From NCBI RefSeq assembly GCF_009914755.1, contig NC_060928.1: 64,000 nucleotides of DNA; one strand, written 5' to 3'. A program made the position numbers and the translations under genes. The stretch's first letter is position 1; each line of letters begins with the position of its first letter. The stretch is from the human T2T-CHM13v2.0 reference genome, Homo sapiens. The notes under the pieces were generated by a model, which was not told the DNA's origin, did no database searches, and saw only the letters and a program-made list of their open reading frames with translations. This document shows, piece by piece, positions 29,875 through 43,339 of the stretch.

Positions 29875-29951
29875 GTAGCCCAGCCATGACCCATAGGAAT
29901 CTGACTTCCTCCAGTCTGAATGACATTTCTGATAAACCGGAGAAGGACCAG
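29875..29951 (+). CDS. SLC4A4: SLC4A4 (NBCe1) internal coding exon (exon 7 in NBCe1-B numbering as recalled), (G)[25 protein letters not shown]
   Basis: Acceptor ttgtgtttttccag| and donor CAG|gtaagc. 77 nt, phase 1 to phase 0. Translation matches the recalled NBCe1 sequence ...[42 protein letters not shown]... Confidence 0.96.
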
Positions 29952-30302
29952 GTAAGCAAAAAATTCTTGCTTCTTTGAAATGTAAGAGAACGTATATCTA
30001 AAAGATGCTGAGAAAGGATTAGAGGTGATGGTTGCTTCACTTAAAATGGACCTTTACGTGCAGACAACAGTTTGCACTTTCCTGGGCAGAAGGAGAAGCA
30101 GTGTGTGAAGGGAGCTGGAATCAGAAGGGAAAAATGTGCGTTTACTTCAGCTGTTGCAGATGCATCACTTGGGCAATTTAAATCTTAAAGCAATAGTTGT
30201 CTCAGCTTTAAAATAGTAATAATCCCTGCCTTCTGTTTATTCTAGGGATTAAACGAGATAACTTATGAAAAAAATACTTTGGTAAATTATAAAGAAATAC
30301 TT

Positions 30303-30600
30303 GCCTGGCACAGTGGCTCATGCCTGTAATCACAGCACTTTGGGAGGCTGAGGTGGGCGGATCACTTGAGGCCAGGAGTTGAAGACCAGTCTGGCCAACA
30401 TGACAAAACCCGTCTCTACTAAAACCACAAAAATTAGCCAGGCACGGTGGCACAGGGCTGTAATCCCAGCTACTCCACAGGCTGAAGCATGAGAATCGCT
30501 TGAACCCGAGAGGCAGAGGTTGCATTGCACTGAGATCGCACCACTGTGCTCCAACCTCAGTGACAGAGCGAGACTTTGTCTCAAAAAAAAAAAAAAAAAA
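30303..30600 (+). mobile_element. AluS (Sx/Sz-like), sense orientation
   Basis: gcctggcacagtggctcatgcctgtaatc...gagactttgtctc followed by A18; near-TSD aagaaatac/aagaaatgc. Confidence 0.94.
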
Positions 30601-31205
30601 GAAATGCTAAGAAATGCTGAAATTGTTGTTAACTTTTGGGGGATACTTTAGGGCAAGGTAATGACAGCTAAGTTCTCACTAGCTATATATTTGTTTGTCT
30701 ATTAAAACTTATAGTTGAATGAAGAGCAATCAGGTTTTGAATATCTGTTTGCTTTCTTTGGAAGAGAATATGGTGTAAACTGGGCCATTTTTGCCCAGCT
30801 ACGTAAATATCTCTGCAAGAAAATTATATTTTAAGAATATAGTATATGGAAAAATGATGCTTCCTAAATGAAAAAATTTCAAAGTTTTGAAGAAATGAAA
30901 GCAATATATTTAAAAAAATCATAGAAATCCTAAGACTGTTTCCCCAGGATTGAAGGAGAAGTAGCATATATTGGAAAGAAGAAGGAACATGAAGCAAGAA
31001 AATCTGGTCTTGCTACTTGTTCCAAAACTGGCTAGTTGTGTGATGATGGACACTAGTTTTGTTCTTTGCTAAGTGGAAACTATAATACATAACTCACCTC
31101 AGAAAATCAAATATCTGATCCTTGCTCTTTTAACTTACCATTTTGTCTTTTGATATAGTAGAAGAGATGGTTCTGGTTGGCTCCATGCTTGATATGCTAA
31201 TTGTA

Positions 31206-31529
31206 CAGTTAGTCCTCCATATCCGTGGTTTCATATCCATGGATTCAACCAACCATGGACAGAATGAAAATAAAATTGTGTCTGTGCTGAACACATACAG
31301 ACTTTTTTTTTGTTGTCATTATTCTCTAAATAATACATCATAGCAACTGTTTACATAGCATTTATATTAGGTATTATAAGTAATCTAGAGCAATTTAAAG
31401 TGTATATGAGGATGTGTGTAGGTTATATACAAATAGTATGCCATTTATATCAGAGTCTTTAGCATTGTCCAATTTTGTTATCTGATGGAGGTTGTGGAAT
31501 CAATCCCCAACATATACTGAGGGATGACT
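31206..31529. mobile_element. MER2 (TcMar-Tigger MITE)
   Basis: cagttagtcctccatatccgtggtttc...ggattcaaccaacc...atactgagggatgact. Confidence 0.85.
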
Positions 31530-31706
31530 TGTTCTTTCTCTTTCTGTCTTTTAAGTGGGTGAGTTTGAAGATTCTTCTTTTCACACTTTGCTGATTTTTT
31601 TCAAGAAGCCATATTCATGATGGTGTTCCTCTTTAACTGACAGCACTTGTAGTAGTCATAGAGGTTTATAGGCCTTGGTGAATTCTAGAAAGTACGGGAA
31701 GGGTGT

Positions 31707-31822
31707 ACATTCCATTCCATTCTCCCGTCCCTTCCCCTCCCCTTCCGTCCCCTCCCCTCCGTTCCCCTCCCCTCCCCTCCCCCTCTCCCTCCCTCCCTTC
31801 CTTCCTTCCTTCCTTCCTCCCT
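31707..31822. repeat. Polypyrimidine simple repeat (CATTC)/(CCCCT)n/(CCTT)n
   Basis: Directly visible. Confidence 0.9.
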
Positions 31823-34800
31823 GGTAGTGTCTTCATCATCTCAGATCTGAATTGCTAGAAAAGCTGTTGGAATTGATCCCTTGTCCCCATTTTTTCTCAA
31901 TTCAATATACTTTTTACATAGTTGCCCTCATTTTTCTACTCTAGATTAAAAATGGTTAGTGGCTTCCCATCATTTTAAGTTCAGGACTTCTTGATGACCT
32001 TTATGATGCTCTGAAATCTGATGTTATCCGTCTTGTCTTCATTTATTCATTTGTGTTCCCCAGAAGAGGGACTCTGTTTAGGTCAGGACTAATTTCTTTA
32101 CTTACCTCCCACTTTACATTGAGATAAATTCTTGACTCCTTCAGTTGCTCCTTCAGATGCTAATGTGGATTGTCACCTTCCTTTCATCTTTCTACCTCTT
32201 GAAATGATCAGGAAGAAGAGCATTTAAATATGGGTACATTGGTAGATACATACCTGTAGTGGAAAAGGGAGAACTCAGGCCACTAGAAGTTTTCTTAAAT
32301 TTATTTCGCACATTTTGTCTCCACTCATTGCTTACCAAGCCATGCTGATTATTTGCAAGGTTTGCCATGAGTCTTAATACTGGTTAAGGCAGTGTACTAA
32401 TTAGCTTAGGAATATCTTGTTGATGGAGTTCTTGAGGAAGCCTTCTTTTATTAAGGGCAGCTCTCCTTTTGCCAGGAATTTGGCAAGAAGCAGCTGGTAA
32501 ATGCTGACAGATAAATTTACTAACTTATTGGGTCTTTTCATATCTGGGCATATGCAGAAGAAATCTGATGGCTTAAGATGCATATTACATAAAATTTTGA
32601 TTCCAGTAGTAGAAGAAATATGTGGAACATTTTTTGTGGGTATTGATTTTGTTATAAAGCCCATGGGAATGGAGTCTTTAAAACCAGAATCTTCAGTGCC
32701 TATCACTAGCATCTCATAGTCATCAAGGTTCATGTTTAGATGAAGCGAGGAAAATTTAATTCAGGAATGTTCCTTTTGTTTTCAAAGCCAGCAAAGGAAG
32801 GTTGATGAATATATAATTATAAGACCAACTATTAATCTAATTTGTATCTATTACAGTGTATATAGTTAATCCAATGAGTTCTTCAAGAAAGGAAGAAACT
32901 CCATTCTCTCTTCCTACCAGAGTTTGAAGAGAGGCTTTTGTAACTAATTCATAATCTCTTCTACAACCAAAGGTACAGGTACAGAAATCAAACTAACATT
33001 TTCAGTTTCTATACCTACTATTTTGGTAACTTCAAATACAAAAACTCCTGGATCATTTTAGGGCAAGAAAAAGGAAAGTGGATTTGCAAGTAAGATGAAG
33101 CTGTGATAAACTCTGGCTTTTATTTTTTTTTAACCTGTTTCTTCTCTGTTTGGACAGGAAAGAAAAAAAAAGGTTTCCAGGCTTATGTTTGTTTTGAGAA
33201 AGCTTTTATAATTAATTAGCCAGTGTCCTGGAAGTGATCTTGGCAGTAAACTCAAACTTGTCTTGTGTACTTGTCCAAGTTGGCCCCAAAAACTTCCATT
33301 TGACCAGGACTGAAATTTCTGATTGACTGATTATTCTGCCTGGATACAATTTGAACAGTTGTGATGGTGCCTTGCAACTTCCTGGAGCTACCTAACTTCT
33401 TAGTAGCACAAAGAATGGGTTCAGAGTTATGAAGAGGAACAGAATTGCTCTTTCTGACAGCTACATAGTGACAGAATTTGAGGGCATATTTTTTATGAGA
33501 TTCTGTTTTGGGAAAACAGAAGAAACAAATCTGTGGGCTGCACTTTTTCTTTCTGGCTTTGCCAAGCCTATGTGCTTACGATTTCAGTAGCGGCTGCTTT
33601 ATTGAAAAATGGCTTAAAATAGTTAACAGCAGAAGAAGAGCATAGCCAGAATTTAGGTGATTCAATGCTTCAACCATATTCCAACTTGGATGTTATATTT
33701 ATTAAGCAGAAAAACACCTGTGGAGAAGTAGATTTAAAAAATACATCTGGAGTTCATCTAGTTGTAAATCTACATAAATAATCTCTTCTATTTTGTTGCT
33801 ATGGAGTATTTTTCACATTATCTAATTATGTTTCTTGATTGCCTTTGATTTGCTTTTCCATTTCTTCTTATTCTTTTTCTGTTCTTTTAAAAATTTACAT
33901 GTGAGGTGGGTGCTTATCAAATGCAGTGGATTTAGTTACAGTTTTCATGTGAATATGGCTTCAGCTATGAGGATAAGAAAGAGCTTTTCTCTTCATTTTA
34001 CCCCTTAGCTTTAACTCTTGTAGAAATACTGTGCTTAGTGGTGCAATGGCTTTAAAAATGTTGACTTTTTCCAGGTTTATTAATAATGCTATAACATCTC
34101 ACAATTACATGTCAACCTCAAGTGAAATTGTAGTCTGTAGATTGCAGTGGATGCAGTAGATGTAGAAATAGCCTGCAGATTCTCAGGGGGACACTTGAGG
34201 TCTACATAACCTTGTAACTGCTTATCTGGTTATTATTTCTGTGATATTCATTATTTAGCTGGCTAATCTGAGAATCTATTCCATAGGTCTTGTGGTGGAG
34301 TTTTGCCTAAGGTTACTTTCTAAAGCATATTAGAATCATTTTTAGCACTGTCTGTTGCCTATTATGTTTAAATATATTTTGCTGCCTTGATTCTTGTGTT
34401 TGAAGTCTTGGTCTTTTAAGGAAATAGACCTGAATTTAAATATTTTGTCAGAAAGTATGCGGATGAAACCATTAACCATGTATAAGTTTAAAGTTGCTAA
34501 GCCATAACTATCTTAAAATGAAATCTAGAAGGAAACATCCTGTGATTATTGGGGGAATAACCCCCAATCCTTTTCTTACACATACATGATATAGGAGTGA
34601 GTCAACCAAGTCCACTGAGATGACTTTTTCTCATGATTTTGAACATAGATTTCCATCCCAGGGCTCACATAAAGCTTCTCTTAGCATTAATAGTTATTTC
34701 ATGCTCACAGTGAAGGAAAAGTACAAAAGCACCTCCTTTTCCTTTCCATGGCTCAGTCAAAAAAACCTACAGTTCACACTGAATGTGGGTGGTCTTACTT

Positions 34801-35596
34801 CACCCCTCAGAGGAGGTACAGTGTCTAAGAAAGATTCATATTTTCTGAGGTTATAATAATTGTCTTTAGCATGTTTTCAGGGAGCAGTGAGACATTGCTG
34901 TGTTAGAGGAGCTCCAGATGGAATCACATCTGTGAAAACCTAAGAACAAAGGCATGTTGTGAGAAGGTAGTTAGGGTACTTAGAGGTCCTTAGTCACTAC
35001 AGTTTTGGTGACTTTGGTGAGCATCTCTCTGGCTCAGCACCTACAGCTTTCCTTCAGCCAGGTGTCCCTGAGGGGAACTTGTGTAGCCATGCAATGATAT
35101 CCTTGGGCCCCTTTCACAGGGAAACAGCTTGTGCTTAGATAATTAACAAAACATGTCTGTCATTATTTTTTCCCTGTCTACAAGAAATTTGGCTTAAGAT
35201 AGCTTCCTTTTCCCATTCTATGCTTCTCCCATATTCTTAAAGCTTAAACAGTTGACAGGGATTAGTAGGGTTTGAGAAGCATTGATATTAATACTGATTT
35301 AAAGAAGGTATGTATTTTAAAATTGGGACAGTTGCATCTCCGCATTTATTAATGTTGTACATTCTTAAAAGCTATTTGTCTGGAATAGAAAACTAGCATT
35401 CATTTAAGAACGGGTTTTGTATCAGCTTTAAACTGAAGTAGATGATCCTGTATGAAGTAAACTGAACTCTATCTCGTGTATTATTTTAGGAAAAAAGGAG
35501 CCTTTTGTGAAATTTAGAGCTATGGTTTTAAGTAACTGCGCTACAATAAATTTGAACTCCTAAAACACCCCATCACTGCATGCAGCTATGATTTGA

Positions 35597-36125
35597 ATTC
35601 ATTCATTCAAAATGTATATTCTGTGCTAGAAAATGTTCTTAGTTGTGGGTTCCAGAAGTGAATGAAACAGATAAATCTTTTGACTCATGGAACTTCCATA
35701 CTTTTGGGAAGAGACAGACTGTAATCAAGAAAAACAATAAATACATAGGATAATTTCACATAATCAAAAGTGCTATCTTGAAAATAAAGCAGGGTAATGT
35801 GGAGAGGTACAGGAAAACTATTTTAGGTAAGAGGGTTAGCCAGTAAGGAGAGGATCTGGTGAGAGAGGTTTCTAGGCTGAGCAAAAAGCAAGAGTAGAGG
35901 CCTAAGGCAGAAATGAAGATGATGTGTTCAAGAAACAGGAAAAAAAATATCATAAGTGGCTGGAGCAAATGTAGCAGGTGTGCAGTGGTAGACAAGTCAG
36001 GAAAATAGGCCGGAGGACCTTTTATTTTATTCTGAGTGCGGTGAGACACTCTCTTAGGATTTTTACCTAGAGTTTGTATGTTCTGATTTACATTTTAAAA
36101 AGCTCACTGGAGATGCAATGTGATA
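35597..36125. mobile_element. L2
   Basis: attcattcattcaaaatgtatatt...ttctgatttacattttaaaaagctcactgg. Confidence 0.65.
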
Positions 36126-37057
36126 GGATGGAGAAATTTGTGAATGTGTTGGATCGTCTGGTGTTATTCCTATATTAAGTATTGTATGAATATCCCAGTG
36201 CATTAAAATGAGAGCTCACAGACCCATAAGAGCCCATTTCTTAATGTGTTAGCCATAGCCATTAAGACCTTATTACTATCAGCAAAGGAAGTTCTTCTGT
36301 GCCATAGAAATATCGTAAGAAAGAAAAAGAGTTTCCCAGTTAAAAGGTCATCCATGTACTGTTAATTATATTACATTATTAATGAGTAAATATTAATTAT
36401 TGAAATATTTAATGCACTAGAAGTGGGTGTAAGCCACCAAGAATAGTGAGATTGAATTTTTGAGTAATTATATTTGCACCTGTGGTCCTCTTGTTATTAC
36501 TGTTGGCTAACATGAGGCATGCCAACTGGCTAATGACACATGATTCATGAAAGCTTCACTGGAGTCCTCTCTGAAGAATGGTAACAGGAAACCTTCTTAG
36601 TCTTTGTGGTTCAGAAAGGAGCATCAGGATGTGTAGGAACAGGACAGAACAGCCAAAAAGGGGCTCTGTGCCACATTCTTACCTGTTCCTATGAAAGAAT
36701 TGAACTCCGATTGCACTGCATCCCTGTATTCAACATTTAACCAAAGAAATTGTAGCTATTGCATATCTTAATAAACTGGCATGTTTTACATTTGATGTCA
36801 CTTTTTTTCTCTTTTCAATATGTAGCATTCTGCCAGTATGCCAATACCAGGAATATACCTAGAATATATTTCAGAGAACAGTAGCATGCTGTCAACAATA
36901 ATCTTTGATGGACGTATACTCTCACATCACAAGTTACTTACATCTGACAGAGACTTCATAAAAGAAACGAGCATTTTTCTTCTTGGAAGTGGCAAATTGT
37001 TACAAAACCAGAAAACAGCAATACCTTGTGATGAACACTCTTGAGTACAGTTTTTAA

Positions 37058-37412
<355 letters not shown>

Positions 37413-37489
37413 CCATGGAATCATTCTTTACTTACTATAGTAACATGTTATTATCCACAATATTTTTTAAAACTTTAGAATTTTCTGAT

Positions 37490-37960
37490 TCAAAATATAC
37501 AACAATGCTGTAAAATTTAAACAAAGCAAAAATGAATAAAATAAAAAGTGAAAATTCTTAAATTCAAATCCTTCAAAACAACTGCCATTAGCAGCTTGAT
37601 GTTGAGTTTAATGAACTTTTCTGATAGATGAATACTTATATATTTCTATATAAATAATAAAAATGTGATTGTATTGTTCTAAAATTTGATTTTTTTAAAC
37701 TAACAATACCATGGACACCTACCTTATTCTTCTTAAAGGCTATATAGTATATATGAATCGTATTTTATTGATTCTATCTTCTATGACTAGATATTTTCAG
37801 TTCTTTGCTGTACAAATAAGCCTTTAAGAAGTATCCTTATTGTAATTTTTCTGCATTCTTTCATGAGTATTTCTGGAGGAGAAATTTTTATAAGTGGAAT
37901 TGCTGGATTACCGTGTATTGCGAATTTAATTACCTTCCCAAAAGATTATATGAGTTATGT
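37490..37960 (-). mobile_element. Old L1ME-like 3' relic
   Basis: ataagtggaattgctggatta and ttctttgctgtacaaataag motifs. Confidence 0.5.
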
Positions 37961-39571
37961 TCTAGATCTTTAAACACTTTATTGAATCCGCCTCCACTGC
38001 TAAGATACTATTTGCTGGTCAGATTTGAGTTTATTCTTTATGTTTCACTCCACTAAAAGCTTAGTGATTCAAAATGAAAAGAATCTCAGTATCTAGCATT
38101 TGCCTCCCAGCTCACTTTGGGGGCTTTTTGTCAGAAGCTTAAAGTATAGAGATTAAAACTGAGTTTATTTTCCTGATCTAATTGGACGTCCGAGCTGGCT
38201 AATCACTTGTATTCTGAAGTAAGGAGGTGAAAAGTGCAGTGGCCATATACTTGCTTTGACTGAAGATGTTGCTGTTCCCAGCTCTGAGAGGGCTTTTCAG
38301 GCTCTGTGAGAATTTCCTTGGCAACCAAAAAATGGCTTCATCTCAAGAGCCCTTCTTGGTGGTCAGCATTTGGAACAAAAAGAAAAATTGCAAAAAGAGT
38401 TGGACAAGTGTTCCCTTTGAATATTATTCAACACATTTGCAGCTTGGATCTACATCTCCTTCCTTTCCTTCCCCCAACCCCCAAGAGAATTTTAAATGCA
38501 TATATGCCAGACTGTAAAGTTAGTTAAATAAAAAGTTTTATACCTTATATGGAGTGCTTTATTAGGAGCTTTGAAGGAGTGTTGTCAACTGAAATGGCTA
38601 ATAAAAAGATGAGCCAACACTTTTTTTTTTTAACATGTTGGGGCATATTTGCAGATTCTACTGCTCCCCAATTTCCCTCTTAATAGGGAATCTCTGCAGA
38701 GTAAGTTTATGAAGAGGTCACACCATGGGAGGAAGTTTTTCCTGTTCTTCTTTAGAAAGAGAAGAGCTCCCCACTGTTTCTAGCTCACTTGTCTGATTGA
38801 TCCAGTGGCTGGTTGATTTATGTGTCTCAGCAGAATCTCATGACCTTATCAGTCACCAGCAGAGCTTCCTGGTTTCTCCATGTGTTACCCACCAATGGGC
38901 TGGTTTTACTTCCTAGAACTGAACTGAAATGAAAACAATGATTCTTTTTTTTTTTTTTTTTGCCACCATGTTAAAAGGACAGCAGTAATGTTTTCTACAA
39001 TCTGAAAGCCAGTGGTTAATCATGCCAAGATGACATTCCTGACTAATCAGTGTTCCATGCATACACATATAAGAGGGTAGGAAGTAACTGAGTCATTGCA
39101 TAGGGAGTGATTGTAAGCTTTGAACTTCAAAATTAGCTGTACTCTTCATCATTCAGTAGCTGTATCTGATAGTATTGAGTCTATTGCTACGTAAGCAATA
39201 ATTAACAACTAGCATAGATTGGACATCTAATTACAACTAATGCTTTGGGGTTGGTACTGTCAACTCTATTTGACATATTGGCAAACTGGAGGCATGAGGA
39301 GATTAAGTAATTTCCCTAAAGTTAAATAGCATCTAAATGATAGAGCTGCATCCTGGTCCTAGTGCCTGTGCTCTTAGTGGATATAATGAGTTCTGCCTAG
39401 TTGGATTAGGGTCTTTTTAGGTCCCTGAAAGCCACTGTGGAACAGACACGTATTCAATCGAAGTTTCTGGCTTTTGGTTTGTCTTTGAGGCAAACATCAT
39501 GCTGAATAGGCTAATTACCAGAATTACTATTAAAAATGAATAATAAAAAATTTTTAAGGGTCTTATGGTGA

Positions 39572-40524
39572 CTGGATGGATGTTTCTGCTGCCACAATGA
39601 TTAAAATACTCAATGTTATGTGCTGATACTCTGGATGTCATTGGTGAAGGTCAGTGAAAAAAGACTGATATAATAAAAAAGTATAATCTATGATCTCAGA
39701 TTGTGAGTTTATATCTTAGCTGATTATTCACACCGAATAAACTGTGGTGCTGACAGTGAAGTGCAGCTGGGGTTCAGTGAAAGACACAACTGTGTGGGCC
39801 AAAGCCATCAATCAAAGAGGAACCAGGGACTTTAGAAGCATCTTTCCATTCTAGAGAACAAAAATAACAGAATAAAAGAGTTTTAACCAAATAAAACATT
39901 CTTCCTTGGATAAAAGGTTAGGTAAGAAATGGGAGAAATAAATTGGAATGCAACTATCTAGAGTTTAGCAATACAAGTAAAAGACTTAGTTCATCTAATA
40001 AATGGAAATTATTGTGGCTTTTAGAATTATTTGAAATAATAGCCAAACTTTCCAAATTTGAGGAAATACAACATTTCAATGTTTTTTTTTTTTGTAGTTA
40101 GTGTGACATGTAGAATTAGTGAAAGTAGATTAGTTAGTTGACTTGTCCACAGACCACAATGAATAGAGAGTTACAACACACTTAATTTACAGATCTTCAC
40201 TTGTGCTTTGCTAAACCCCATGGTTCTTTGACTTTCAGGCTGTTAAATATTCATTCTCACTATAGATAGGGTCAACTCTAGTTCATTTAGTCTGATAAAT
40301 GCACATCATTATGACCTTAAAATTTTGTTCTGGTAAGAGGAAAAAGTGATTATTATTGAACTTTTTTATTAATAAGCTAAGATATAAACTTACAATCTGA
40401 GATCATAGATTATACTTTTTTATTATATCAGTCTTTTTTCACTGACCTTCACCAATGACATCCAGAGTATCAGCACATAACATTGAGTATTTTAATCACT
40501 GTGGCAGCAGAAACATCCATCCAG
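39572..40524. repeat. 150-bp inverted repeat (arms 39572-39721 and 40375-40524, 148/150 identical, 653-bp spacer)
   Basis: Manual reverse-complement alignment: the only differences are 39597 A vs 40499 C and 39705 G vs 40391 T. Confidence 0.97.
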
Positions 40525-41117
40525 GATCATAGGAATAGCTTTGAAGACTTAAGTAAGCATAGTAAACCTTAACTCTTCTGAACTTCAGTTTTCTGATTCA
40601 TAATAGAGATATTATACTTCAGTCTGAACTGCTTTTTCTACTGAGTTGTTTTGTGAAAAGGAAAATACTTAATACACTTCAAAATGTTATATAAATCTTC
40701 ATCATCATTGCCATTTTCATTATTTAAATGGGCTACTGCTTTTTTATTTTTGGTTTTGCTTTGCAGTAAGATTTGGTGGGATGAAAGTCCATTTCATTTA
40801 GGTATCATTCCTTATCTTTTAAATTTGCATTGTTAATTTGGCTCTTTGGAGTTCATGCTCTTAACTTCTGCTCTATACTGCTCTATCCACACTGTAAAGA
40901 AATGTATGTCCGATTGTCATTTCATGAATCTTATTGAATGCACATTACTCTTGTACCCAAATTTCTCTTTTTCTCTCTACTTTTCCAAGTCTTACCTTTA
41001 CTTCAAAACTTGTCAAGTGTTACTTTTTCTTTATATCCATCCTTGAATATTCCAGCTTATGTTAACTACTCCTGTTTTGAATTTCCAATACCATCTAGTA
41101 CTTATTATTTTCATCAC

Positions 41118-41468
41118 TGATGTGGTTTGGCTGTGTCCCCACCCAAATCTCAACTTGAATTGTATCTCCCAGAATTCCCACATGTTATGGGAGTGACCCA
41201 GGGGCAGGTAATTGAATCATGGGGGCCAGTTTTTCCTTTTCTATTCTCATGATAGTGAATAAGTCTCATGAGATCTATGGGCTTATCTGGTGTTTCTGCT
41301 TTTGCTTCTTGCTCATTTTCTTTTGCCACCACCATGTAAGAAGTGCCTTTCACCTCCCTCCATGATTCTGGGCCTCCCAGGCATGTGGAACTGTAAGTTC
41401 AATTAAATCTCATTTTCTTCCTAGTCTTGGGTATGTCTTTATCAGCAGCATGAAAACTAACTAATATA
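41118..41468 (+). mobile_element. THE1C-like 5' LTR
   Basis: tgatgtggtttggctgtgtccccacccaaatctcaacttgaattgtatctcccagaattccc...ctaatata. Confidence 0.9.
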
Positions 41469-42976
41469 GTAAACTGGTACCAGAAGTGGGGTGTTGCTGA
41501 AAAAATACCCAAAAATGTGGAAGCAACTTTGGAACTGGGTAACAGGCAGAGGCTGGAACAGTTTGGAGGTCTCAGAAGAAGATAGGAAAATGTGGGAAAG
41601 TGTGGAACCTCTAGAGACTTGTTGAATGGCATTGACAAAAATGCTGATACTGATATGAACAATAAGGTTCAGGCTGAGGTGGTCTCAGATGGAGATGTGT
41701 AACTTGTTGGGAACTGGAACAAAGGTGACTCTTGTTATGTTTTAGCAAAGAGACTGGAGGCATTCTGCCCCTGCCCTAGAGATACGTGAAACTTTGAACT
41801 TGAGAGAGGTGATTTAAGGTATCTGGCAGAAGAAATTTCTAAGCAGCAAAGCATTCAAAAGGTGACTTGGGTGCTGTTAAAAGCATTCTGTTTTAGAAGG
41901 GAAACAGAGCATAAAAGTTCCGAAAATTTGCAGCCTGACAATGCAGTAGAAAAGAAAAACCCATGTTTTGAGGAGAAATTCAAGCCAGCTGCAGAACTTT
42001 GCATGAGTAGCAAGGAGCCTAATGTTATTCCCCAAGACCATGGGAAAATGTCTTCAGGCCATGTCAGAGACCTTCATGAAAGCCCCTCCCATCACAGGCC
42101 CAGAGGCCCAGTAGGAAAAAGTGGTTTCGTGGGCCACACCCGGGGTCCCCGTGCTGTATGCAGCCTAGGGATTTGGTGCCCTGTGTCCCAGATGCTCCAG
42201 CTGTGGCTGAAAGGGGCCAATGTAGAGCTCAGGCTGTGGCTTCAGAGGGTGGAAGCCTCAAGCCTTGGCAGCTTCCACATGGTGTTGAGCCTGCGAGTGC
42301 ACAGAAGTCAAGAATTGAGGTTTGGGAACCTCTGCCTAGATTTCAGAAGATGTATGGAAATGCCTGGATGCCCAGGCAAAAGTTTGCTGCAGGGGTGGGG
42401 CCCTTATGGAGAACCTCTGTTAGGTCAGTGCAGAAGGGAAATGAGGGGTTGGATCCCCCACACTGAGTCCCTACTGAAGCACTGCCTACCATAGCTGTGA
42501 GAAGAGGGCTACTGTCCTCCAGACCCCAGAATGGTAGATCCACTCACAGCTTGCACTGTGTGCCTGGAAAAGCTGAAGACACTCAATGCCAGCCCATGAA
42601 GGCAGCCAGGAGGGAGAATGTACTCTGCAAAGCCACAGGGGTGGAGCTGCCCAAGACCATGGGAAGCCACCTTTTGCATCAGTGTGAAAACTGGAGTCAG
42701 AGGAGATCATTTTGGAGCTTTAAAATTTGACACCCCCACTGGATTTTGGACTTGCATTGACCCTGTAACCCCTTTGTTTTGGCCAATTTCTCCCATTTGG
42801 AACAGCTGTATTTACCCAATACCTGTACTCCCATTGTATCTAGGAAGTAACTAGCTTGCTTTTGATTTTACAGGCTCACAGGCAAAAGGGACTTGCCTTG
42901 TCTCAGGTGAGACTTTGGACTGTGGACTTTTGGGTTAATGCTGAAATGAGTTAAGACTTTGAGGGACTGTTGGGAA
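41469..42976 (+). mobile_element. THE1-int internal region, lacking the 3' LTR
   Basis: gtaaactggtaccagaagtgggg...gagttaagactttgagggactgttgggaa; ORFs at 41862-42854 are MaLR-internal noise. Confidence 0.88.
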
Positions 42977-43339
42977 TACATTTTCAATTTTTGGAGAAGT
43001 TCAAGAGAGAGGCAGTTGTAAAATAGAATACTAGTGTGGTTTTTTTGGTTTTTGTTTTTGTTTTGGAATAAATCTGAATTTAGAATGATTCCACATTAAT
43101 TAGTTCCACAGGAGTATATACAGGCAAATTTTATATTGGTGGTATTCTCTTTCCCCTCTCCTTTCTTGAAAATAACAAGCCACTAGCCAGCCTGTGGTAG
43201 TGCATTAATCATTATTTTTACATTGATACAAACTATTGTGATTTTTTAAGCTGAGACCATAGAAAGCTGACAAAGCACTGTGGGCATATATAGCAAATGT
43301 AAGACAGGTTTTTGTGCTGAAAGAGTGTACAGAAAGTGT

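Noticed and set aside
34548-34568. Hairpin attggggg-aataa-cccccaat
   Set aside because: 8-bp stem only; no RNA-gene context.
41862-42854. Overlapping ORFs up to 210 aa
   Set aside because: Lie within the non-coding THE1 internal region.
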